From positions 310,001-374,000 of the forward strand of contig NC_090600.1 in the NCBI RefSeq assembly GCF_000497125.1: a stretch of DNA of 64,000 nt, written 5' to 3'. A program made the translations under genes and the position numbers. Positions 54,163 to 64,000 of the stretch are shown here, one piece after another. The notes below the pieces were generated by a model. That model ran no database searches. It worked only from the letters and a program-made list of their open reading frames with translations, and was not told where the DNA came from. The stretch is from Spironucleus salmonicida (Eukaryota). Position 1 is the stretch's first letter. Each line of letters begins with the position of its first letter.

Positions 54163-55983
54163 ATGGATCTTTTGAAATAAGCGAATGATTTGGTCTAGGT
54201 AGTGAAGTCTGGCGCATGCGCCAAACCGATCTATGCGGATGAAGTTAATTTTATGTGCGACACCTGCGCTGGCTCCACCTCGGTTTTCTGCCCTTCGTGC
54301 TTCTACAACGGAGATCACCTAAATCACGATTACAGACTATCAATGAACTTGGTGGGACTCTGTGATTGTGGCGATGAGTCTTCGTATATTTAAGAATCTT
54401 GTTGTTCAAACCATCCTCTAGTATAAGTTAGCATTTTTGATGGTGTAACTTTCGATTCGTTTTCAGAAGTATTCGACTTGCTGGTTTAGTTCTAAAGTTT
54501 CTTGCAAGAGCCTTAAGAAGATCAAACTCGATAGATTTACGATATGTGTGAGCAGTCCCCTATACTTCTTAGGATTATAGTTTTCACTCTGTTTTTCCAA
54601 AAGTAGCAGAAATAATTTTTGTTCAATAATATTAATAACATTGATATTCTCCTAGACGTAATAAATTAGAATAACTTTGCGAACCATCTTCTAGTTAAGC
54701 TTGAAAGTTTTGTTTTTGTAGATTTGCTAACGTAGGACTTCTATTTCCGCGTGTTCTCAGTGTTACTGTTCTCCCATAATTTAGAACAATTGATAATATG
54801 GCCGAACAGAGCAATTTAGATGATGTCAGTTTAAATCCTAACGGAACCAAAAACATAAATTTATGTTGCACAATTCAAAATTTATTCTAGGTTACTCAGA
54901 TTTATGAGAGAAAAAATATAGCTTAAAAGCTAGCTGGACGGGAAACTTCTACAGGTGACAGATCTGTTCTACCAGTTTCAGTAAATATCACAGCCACACC
55001 AAGTCAAGTACCTATTTATCTACGATCATGAGCTTTTTGAAGAAATCTTGAGGTTTCATGAGGTAGTAAACTTCTATGGGAAGATTAACCCAGATGACTG
55101 TGGGGAGAACTTCAATACGTTTTTATAGGAGGTTAATATTTATGTATATTACATTAAATTTATCATAGGACCGTTTTACGCGATTTGCAACTACTCAGAC
55201 TTAGAGATCGGTAGTACAGATGTAATTTTAAGCAGGTAACATATAAAAGGGGACGTCCGAAGCTAGTGTAGCATTAATACTAATTTCTACTAATCTGTAA
55301 ATTTTTAACTAGCGGTCGAGATGGTAAGTGTTCAAATTAAGTTTAGCTAAATGCAAACAAACTACTTCTTGCTTTTCCCATAATAGTTTATATAAATTTT
55401 TATTACTAACTAGATTTATAGACTAAACCTAGACAAAGCAGAATATTTTAGCATGTTGGCATCTAAGTTAAATATACCGTTAACCGATTTAATAGACCAA
55501 CTTCTCCAGGATCCATATATTTTCTTAATTTTCAAATAGCAAATTCTATCATAGACATGCTTTAAGAAACATATCTATGAGCTTGGCATAGCAGTTAACT
55601 TTTGCGCTAATGACTCATTTTTTAGCAACCACTGGTTCAAAATAGTTAACTTCGTCCAATTTGCTATTCCTTTAGCCGGTAAAAACTACTTCAAGGATAA
55701 CAACTTGATTAAGCTAGAAATCCTGAATTAGATTCTATTTAATATCAATATTCTTGACGAGGAGCTATTTTTGCGAATTTTCTTATCTCTACAGTTCGTC
55801 TAAATATAGGATGCAAAATTATCAGGAATTTTGGATAAAACCGGGTTCAGACGCAATCTTGTCTTAGATGCTGCCAGAGAAATATTCAATACTGAACCTA
55901 ACCCAAAAAAGCTTAAATCAGCAGTAGTCAAACTAAAAACTTCTTCGTTCGTTGAGCCTTCGATGATATAGACTCTATGTTGA
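54163..55983 (+). pseudogene. 3'-truncated UBR-box E3 ligase copy lacking the RING
   Basis: Matches 33706 gene to ...VEPSM, then IQTLC-TGA; 606 aa. Confidence 0.75.
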
Positions 55984-56046
55984 ATACATCAAAGTATAGG
56001 GGAATTATAGTATATTTATTTTTTGGGTGTAAGGATGGCATAGCCT

Positions 56047-56916
56047 TGGGCGCAGGCTCCCATTTGTGGAGTGGCGGGCACCGCGCGTCAGTGGGGAGAC
56101 AGATCACTGGGGCCCGGGGCAGATCGCGGGGCCTCTCTTGTGCTGGTTGGCACCGCAGAGGTCCAGGAGCGCCTCGAAGGTGGGCTGCTCGAGGCAGTAC
56201 TGCCACAGCTCGGCGTTCTTGATGGTGAGGTGGATGAAGGTCTCGTCGAAGGCGAACTCGTCCGAGATCTGCTTGAGGCTGGCGTAGCTCTTGCCGAACT
56301 TCGCGCTGCACAGCTCCAGGAACTCCCTGTCGTGGGAGAGGGGCGCCTCGGTGGGGACCTCGGCCACGTCGGCGGAACCGCAGAAGGCGCAGGTGGCGAC
56401 GCCGGGCTTCTCGTTGGACAGGAAGCCGCAGGCGGAGCAGGTGACGGCGACTACTTGCATTTGTGGTGCGGGGGAAACCTGCATATTTCGGGCCGGGATG
56501 CAGGTGTAATGTGGAAACTGAAATCACTCCGTCCGACCCCGCTCACTCAGAACTGCGGCGCGGTGTTCGGGACCACCTTGGGCTGCTGGTACTCCTGCGG
56601 GGGCTGGATGTCAGCCATGATGGGCGCCGGGGGCGGCGGTACCAGCTCCGGCTGGCGGGTCCGCTGCGGCACGAGGACGTAGTCGTGGCCGACCTCCGTG
56701 AGGTTGCCGTAGCCGTCCTCGACGTACACCACCTGGCGCATCTCCTAGCGGTGCTCGTCCCGCACGTAGCGGAAGCAGCAGGGCCCATTCTTCTCCTTCC
56801 GGAAGCCCTGCCTGCGCTTGTACGTGCCGTACACCCGCACGAGGGTGCCGACGGAAATCAGGAGGATCCCCACGTACAGCAGGTAGAATACCAGCTGCGT
56901 GTAGGTTAAGTTGTAT
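56047..56916. repeat. GC-rich cassette tract C (inverted)
   Basis: Reverse complement of 50448-51317. Confidence 0.92.
56104..56460 (-). CDS. cassette gene 2, copy C
   Basis: Same protein as 37429-37785. Confidence 0.7.
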   Translation of the reverse strand: MQVVAVTCSACGFLSNEKPGVATCAFCGSADVAEVPTEAPLSHDREFLELCSAKFGKSYASLKQISDEFAFDETFIHLTIKNAELWQYCLEQPTFEALLDLCGANQHKRGPAICPGPQ

Positions 56917-56996
56917 CTACATCCATAAAAAGGAGTTTATTAAAAGCAATATGTAAGGCATTGCAATTGGCACCTACTTATTGAAGCAAATGACAT
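56547..56996 (-). CDS. cassette gene 1, copy C
   Basis: MSFASISRCQLQCLTYCFQQTPFYGCRYNLTY-TM-shared tail; 149 aa. Confidence 0.8.
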
Positions 56997-58016
56997 TTTT
57001 TATTCTATTTTTATCAATATAGATAAAGGATTTTATTCAATATATACATATAATCATTATTCAATTATATTAGTTCATACCATTATCTAATATCAAATAA
57101 ACAAGTATACGACTATAGTTTCTATAATATACTAAATAAAAATAAATAAATATTAAATTTATATAGTTTTTGCCGATTCTTTATATTTGAAAATTAAAGA
57201 AAAAGTTAAATAATTGTATAAATAAGTATTCCTTTTTAAATTTTAAAAAATCAATTTGTATAAAAAATTCACTAGACCATTCTTTAAATCTCATAACCGA
57301 TTAACAACACATATAATTAATATAAATATATTATTTATGTAACCTTCTGTGGAAACTCTAATTTACTGCTACGATATTAAATTAACAATAAATAAAATAT
57401 TTAATATAAATGAAATATGACTAATATTCATTATTCAACATTTTTGATAATTTTGTTATTTTATAAACTTGATAGGTATAATATTAAAATATGTAATATT
57501 AATAAATAAAATATAAATATGTAAAGCTACTACTTTCTCAAGCATAATAATATGTGATAAAATAAGATAAACTATCAATTAAAGTTGATAATTTTGTAAA
57601 GATAGTCTCTATGTATGGTTCCCCAGAAAATAAAATAAGTACTGCTCATTAATATTATATAAAATTATTATATTGTATCTAATATTTTATATTGATAAAG
57701 CTATTTATTAAGGAAAGAATGACACTTTAATAACTTTATAATTTTTATTAACATATATAATTAGCATCTAGTGTTATATATAAATAATTAAATATTTTTA
57801 ATATAGTTCTAAGTAAGTTCTTAAAAATATGAGTAAAATAATAATCATATGGTATTTAGAAAATGTAGATGTTAAACGTTAGACTTCGGTTATTTTTCTT
57901 GTCTCGTTAATAGAAAATAATTTTTTCATATATATTTTATATAAACAAAAACAAAGAGAGTATATACGATTTGTGTTAACAATTACAATAGTATCTGCAC
58001 TAATTTATGATTTATA

Positions 58017-58484
58017 ATGAATTATTTAGCAAAAATAATATGTTCATCTATAGAAAGATGTCAATCTTTCTATATTACTAGTTGTTATTAAAACTTTCCA
58101 TATTATCGATGGTAGCATAATATTCTAGTTACTTAGCATTCACGATATCTTGTTTATGTTGCAATTTTATTAATATATATTGGTAGCTTAATTCAGACAT
58201 ATAGTATCTATAGACTCAGGCAGGGCTTCCGGAAGGAGAAGAATGGGCCCTGCTGCTTCCGCTACGTGCGGGACGAGCACCGCCAGGAGATGCGCCAGGT
58301 GGTGTACGTCGAGGACGGCTACGGCAACCTCACGGAGGTCGGCCACGACTACGTCCTCGTGCCGCAGCGGACCCGCCAGCCGGAGCTGGTACCGCCGCCC
58401 CCGGCGCCCATCATGGCTGACATCCAGCCCCCGCAGGAGTACCAGCAGCCCAAGGTGGTCCCGAACACCGCGCCGCAGTTCTGA
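58017..58484 (+). CDS. cassette gene 1, copy D (degenerate N-terminus)
   Basis: Homologous start position 58035 is ATA, in-frame ATG at 58017; ERCQSFYITSCYQNFPYYRWQHN has lost Cys2 and Cys4; shared tail intact. Confidence 0.55.
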
Positions 58485-58570
58485 GTGAGCGGGGTCGGAC
58501 GGAGTGATTTCAGTTTCCACATTACACCTGCATCCCGGCCCGAAATATGCAGGTTTCCCCCGCACCACAA

Positions 58571-58927
58571 ATGCAAGTAGTCGCCGTCACCTGCTCCGCC
58601 TGCGGCTTCCTGTCCAACGAGAAGCCCGGCGTCGCCACCTGCGCCTTCTGCGGTTCCGCCGACGTGGCCGAGGTCCCCACCGAGGCGCCCCTCTCCCACG
58701 ACAGGGAGTTCCTGGAGCTGTGCAGCGCGAAGTTCGGCAAGAGCTACGCCAGCCTCAAGCAGATCTCGGACGAGTTCGCCTTCGACGAGACCTTCATCCA
58801 CCTCACCATCAAGAACGCCGAGCTGTGGCAGTACTGCCTCGAGCAGCCCACCTTCGAGGCGCTCCTGGACCTCTGCGGTGCCAACCAGCACAAGAGAGGC
58901 CCCGCGATCTGCCCCGGGCCCCAGTGA
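58571..58927 (+). CDS. cassette gene 2, copy D
   Basis: Same protein as 37429-37785. Confidence 0.7.
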   Translation: MQVVAVTCSACGFLSNEKPGVATCAFCGSADVAEVPTEAPLSHDREFLELCSAKFGKSYASLKQISDEFAFDETFIHLTIKNAELWQYCLEQPTFEALLDLCGANQHKRGPAICPGPQ

Positions 58928-58967
58928 TCTGTCTCCCCACTGACGCGCGGTGCCCGCCACTCCACAA

Positions 58968-59174
58968 ATGGGAGCCTGCGCCCAGGACGACTTCGTCCCC
59001 GCTGCCATCATCCAGCACGAGTACGCGGCCTACGACTTCGCCCAGAACTCCGCCGCCTCCCTGGTGAGCGAGCGTCAGGCCCAGAGCCGCGCAGGACTGT
59101 CCCTGAGCATGGCACGGGCCCTGGTGGAGGAGGAGCAGCCGGACGTCCACGCGGAGTGGGACCTAATCGAGTGA
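58968..59174 (+). CDS. cassette gene 3, copy D
   Basis: Same protein as 37826-38032. Confidence 0.6.
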   Translation: MGACAQDDFVPAAIIQHEYAAYDFAQNSAASLVSERQAQSRAGLSLSMARALVEEEQPDVHAEWDLIE

Positions 59175-59193
59175 TATCGCCAAATAGAGAGTC

Positions 59194-59469
59194 TCACTGG
59201 TCGAACCGGCCCAGCCTCTTCAGGTAGAAGTACTGGTTCTTGATCTACACGCGCGTCATCTCCGGGAAGTCGCTGCGCTGGATCTGCTTCAGGTCGTAGC
59301 CGTGTTTCCGCACGGAGTGCACGAGGCGCTGCTTCATCTGGAAGGTCCAGAGGTTGTAGTCCTGCCGCAAGAAGGCGTGGTGGCTAGGGACCTCCTGGTT
59401 GTGGTCTGCCATGTCGTAGACATCCTGGGTGCCGAGTATAAGGATGAGCTGGTTTATGACGCTATCCAT
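59194..59469 (-). CDS. cassette gene 4 (Myb/SANT), copy D
   Basis: Duplicate of 38052-38327. Confidence 0.7.
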
Positions 59470-60568
59470 TTTGTGGAAATGGTATCCCGATACTGCTATA
59501 TAACGGGATATCGGCACTAATACCAGATTGGAACGCACTGATAGTTCCAGCTTAATTTTTACTTTGTCCTGAATATGTGTATAATATCAGTACTGTAAGT
59601 TAGAAGTAACTTTCGAAACCGTCGTATCATATGTATACCGCTAAGTATTATTCTGTAGTTGATTCCAGATTTTGTGTTCTATATGTTTACAGCTGGCCCC
59701 GCGTGTATGCGGAACTATCTCAAAATATACAAATTCTGTCCACTCCAATCTAGGCTCCAGAGCATAGCACGCATCCCCGCATCAAAATAACCTGTTTTTG
59801 TGGTTTACGTGTGTGGTTTAATTTAAGTTTTATGAGACAGTGTGCTGTGTTTAAGGAGCTGCAGAGGGGGGGGGGGCATAGTCTGACACACTAGAAGCAG
59901 CTCAGTTCAGGTTTTTGTACTTTGGAAATTTGTTTTATTGGTGGAGTAACTGATAGATGACAGCGTAAACCACATCTTATAATATATAGGAAGCCAAGTT
60001 AAAACTCAGAAAACGATTACCAATTAATATACAGCTAAATTTAGAATTTCTGTTTTAACTTTAAATACAATTGACTGCAATTATTTATATACATATAACT
60101 TTTATCTATTTTTGGGAAACTGTCTTAATCTATGTTTAAGTCCGAGATTTTATTATGTTTAAAAATTGTTTGAGTACTCTTAACCATTTTATTATTGTAT
60201 AACATTCATATAAATCAGTTTATGAGTGTTCTGAATTATATGAAAGTGCCAAGGTAAGCAGCCTTATTTCTTGTAAGAAACTTTGGACACTTAAGTCTCG
60301 ACAATGGATAATCATCCTAGGAGAACCAAAATATTTTTTAATTCTAGATTAGGATCATGCGGCCAATTCCAGTAATAGCTGCAATGCAGGTGCCTTCGTA
60401 TTCGTGGAGATATCTGTTGACTCGCTTGCAATGCAGCCACAAGCACATGAGTTCACTTCATACCTGTGTATCCAATCCGTACTTGCGTGTTAAAGCATTT
60501 TAAATATTTTGTTGGGGTGGTTCGAATTTTGGTGGAAAATTAAAAATATATTCATATACCTTTACTTA

Positions 60569-61450
60569 TCACTTCTTGCCCTTCTTAATGAAGTAGTAGG
60601 CAAGGCCGCCTCCCACGGCTCCGATCACTGCCACTACGCCAACTATGATACCAACGATGACCCCAGTGCCGGTGCTCACCTTGTCTACAACCTCAGGCTC
60701 AGCTTCAGCTTCGGCAGGCCAGCATTTAAATCCGCGCATTTCGAACCCTGAGATGCAAATCGTGCACGACCCATCCTTATCCATCTAGTGGTTGGGCATG
60801 CAAGAGCCGCATTTCTAAGTATCTTCCGCACATGTGGCACAATTTTGAGAGTTTCCACATTTACAATCTGAGGTGAGGCCTGGGGCGCAAGCGGTAGCAG
60901 TTCCGTCCTTGCAGTACTAACCATTTGATAGAAGACTACACCTAGCTGTACAGGTTCCGTTAATTGTTGTAACGCTATCCTCGTCGCCACTGCAGAAATA
61001 GCAAAAATCTTGTGTCTCGCATGCGTCACATTGCAATTTGCAAGTCTTACATATCTTTGCTGCTACATCACAATATTGCGCCCCTTGCTCTTGTATGCAT
61101 TCCTTATTGCTGTTGCATGTTTTCATACATTTGTTGGTGCTAGTGTTCAAAACGTAGCCTTCCACACATTTCTGGCAGGCGTCCTAGCTTTTGCAGTCTA
61201 TGCAACCCTTCATGCATTTCTTGCAGGTATTGTCCTTCAGATAAGTGCCAGCGAAGCACGTAGTACAAAGAGGTCCATTACATTATGTACAATTATCTGT
61301 TTATTAGTTATCTGTGCAGGAACAGCCTTGACCGAAAACTATTTACCCGGGGCATGCCAAACAATTAGCGGAAGTATCATCAGTGGCAGGGCAGTAGAAG
61401 CCAGCCTTGCATTTGTTCTCTCTCTTTTGGCAGGTTCCTGATTCCGCCAT
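60569..61450 (-). CDS. CRMP1, copy 2
   Basis: Duplicate of 39425-40306 with ICTPCK changed to ICKTCK; KKGKK end. Confidence 0.9.
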
Positions 61451-62218
61451 TATGGAAAGCGTAAGATTTAGTATTATAGCTCGGGATTCATTATACTACT
61501 TTTTTTAAGATTTCTCTACTATAATTAGATATATATACTGTATTTTTGGTATAATTGAAAAATGCTACAATATTCAAATTTTAGTTACTTATATTAATAG
61601 TATATTATCCAATTGCTACTTTCAGTTATAGTAATTATACTCAGATGAATACTTATTTTAAAAGTAAAAGGAGTTCAGATTATTTAGTTCTTGCACATTG
61701 TTAGTATTTAGTTCTTTTCATAGATGTTGGTTTTAGTTATCAAAAATATATATCATTATTTATTAATTTTTAGTGGGATTTATCTAAATACTTACTTTTG
61801 TGATTTATCAGCTTAGTTATTAGAATTATTAACACATTTAATATTAATTAATATCGATCTCTATTTCAAGATACCAAGAAATTATAATTAATGTAATTAA
61901 TATTACTCATCTGCTATCAATTTGTTCTTATTTATAGTTTTATACTTAAAAATCATGTTATTTAGATTTAAACTTATTTCTTTTGAACAGAAACATTGCA
62001 AAATTTAGTTGTAAGCTTACATTTAATAAAGATAAATAATCGTTTAAGAATAGTAAAGAATTTATTATTTGTCCTAAGTTATATATTTATATTAGTAAGA
62101 CTTTATAAATATAGAGATATGCATAGATAGAATTTAGGCTATGATCTCTATTGGATGATGTTTTAAGAAATAATTATCATTAATATATTAATAATTTAAC
62201 CTAAGAATATATTAGTTT

Positions 62219-63688
62219 TCAATAATATAAATCATTATAGATTTTATTATTTTCCATAGAACTTATTAGTACCTAGAAATTGGCGTGCTTTATTTCATCG
62301 TCCTTAGGCGGGGACACGACTGCCTGCTTTCTCTTCTTGACTATGAAGTACGCGCCTGCGCCAGCTACCAGGCCGATAGCAGCCACGACGCCGACCACAA
62401 TCCCAACAATGGACCCGGTGTTCGAATTGTTCTGGGTTGGAATGCACAGACCGCCGGTGCTCTGGAAAGTAGGATAGCAGTGCGTGCATGTGTTAGCGTC
62501 CGGGCAGTATTAGCAGTTCCTGGGGCAGCTGGAGCACTTGCTGCTGTCAACAAACATCCCGTCGACGCACTGATCGCATTGCATCGCGCTGCTGCAGAAC
62601 GCGCAGTCCTTTTAGCATTTCTCGCACACGCTCCCCGAGCCCTCGCTGGAACAGTAAAAGCTCTGGGGGCAAGGCTTGCTGTTAGAGCATTGCAGTTTCG
62701 AGCATTTTTTGGCAGGGCTAAGGTCGTACCCATCCTTGCACTCGGTGCAGATATCTTTATCAGAACAGACATCGCAACCTTCTGTGCAGGCCTTGCAGTC
62801 ACCACTTTCTAAAAAGGCGCCACCTTGACATGACGAGCAAGATGCTGCGCTTATGCATGAGGCACACCCGTCCTTGCAGCTCTGGCATGTATTTAGGGGG
62901 CTGTTGGTATTGCAGAACTTTTTGGGTGCGCACGGATTGAAACTATTGCACTCGTTCTTAACACATTTGTCGTTTTGGAGGTCAAATCCTGGCTGGCAAA
63001 GACCGCAAGCGGCGGCTGATATGCATCCAAGGCAGTTTTCAGTGCACATAGTGCATTTACCTGCTTCCAAATAATTTCCACTTTTGCATGAAGTGCAGAT
63101 GGATGAATCAGAGCAAACCTCGCAATTGCTGGGGCAGGCCTAGCATTGTTATTCCTTCAGTACGAAGGCCGCCTAGCACTTGGCGCAGACTCCAGCAGAC
63201 GAGCAGGTGAGGCAGTTGGAAGGGCACGCTACACAGGCACTTCCGCCGAGGACGTACCCGGCCTGGCACTCCGAGCACGTCCTGGCATCCGAACATTTGC
63301 TGCACCCACTGCTACAGGCGGAGCACATGAACTAGTCGTTGTGGAAGTACCCAGTGGCACATACACTGCATTTTACTGAGTCAAAGCAGTCCTCACAGTG
63401 GCTGGAGCAACGTATGCATGAGATTCCGGTGAAATGGTAGCCCGCGGAGCACGACGTGCAGTCTATATCGTTGGCGCACGTTTTGCAGCCAGTTTTGCAG
63501 ACCCGGCAGTTGTCCCCGCTCTTGTAGTACCCCGAACTGCATTACTGACATGTATCCATATTGGAAATGCTGCATTTATCACAGTTATATTATCTGCAAC
63601 TTTAGCAAATTTCAGGATTGAGGCTATCTCGGGTTGGACAAACAGTTCCAGCAGGACATAGATTTGTGGGACATATAAATTTCTACAT
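62219..63688 (-). CDS. cysteine-rich membrane protein, inverted paralogue of 24361-25821
   Basis: MQKFICPTNLC... CxxC repeats, TM, KKRK; distinct first 5 and last about 20 codons; 489 aa. Confidence 0.88.
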
Positions 63689-64000
63689 TTATAACCTTGG
63701 TAATCGGAACTAAAGTTTTAACCATAAAAATAGTGGCATGCAAATAAATATACTATATTTTATAAAATAAACATTATTACTTAATATTTTGTTTATTATA
63801 AATTCAAATGTAATTTTTATATGTAAATTGCTATAGCTACATTATAATTCTATTTAATAATATACTTCAAATATGTACTTAAGCCTTATTGGATGAATGT
63901 GAAACTAATTTGTATAGTTCGTGTAAATTAAATTCAATAATTTTATTCGCGAATAATTTGTTGAAATTTAAAATAATAAGGCGCGTTAATAGTTAATGAC

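Larger units (their letters stand above)
52291..55966. repeat. 3.7 kb direct repeat, partner 31834-35509
   Basis: Near-identical; substitutions concentrated at the distal end. Confidence 0.95.
58217..61749. repeat. cassette tract D plus CRMP1, partner of 37085-40605
   Basis: Near-identical direct repeat. Confidence 0.95.

Overview
Gene-dense, apparently intron-free, AT-rich eukaryotic DNA from a hexamitid diplomonad, most consistent with Spironucleus salmonicida. TAA/TAG read as Gln and only TGA terminates, so the supplied standard-code ORF track is fragmented. I re-translated genes by eye with translation table 6. About 45 genes are resolvable: Myb proteins, an ankyrin protein, a class 3 lipase, STE/CDK/CAMKL kinases, WDR92, a DEAD-box helicase, RCL1, a MORN protein, RidA, a class IV aminotransferase, a UBR-box/RING E3 ligase and cysteine-rich membrane proteins (CRMPs). 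The region from about 24 kb onward is a mosaic of near-identical direct and inverted repeats. The most unusual structure is a GC-rich mini-gene cassette present four times. Its first gene encodes a 149-aa single-pass membrane protein with a near-identical cytoplasmic tail but a different AT-rich four-cysteine N-terminus in each copy. Identity starts and stops at staggered points inside codons of colinear paralogues, which points to polar gene-conversion tracts rather than insertion. Allelic haplotypes assembled side by side cannot be excluded from sequence alone.
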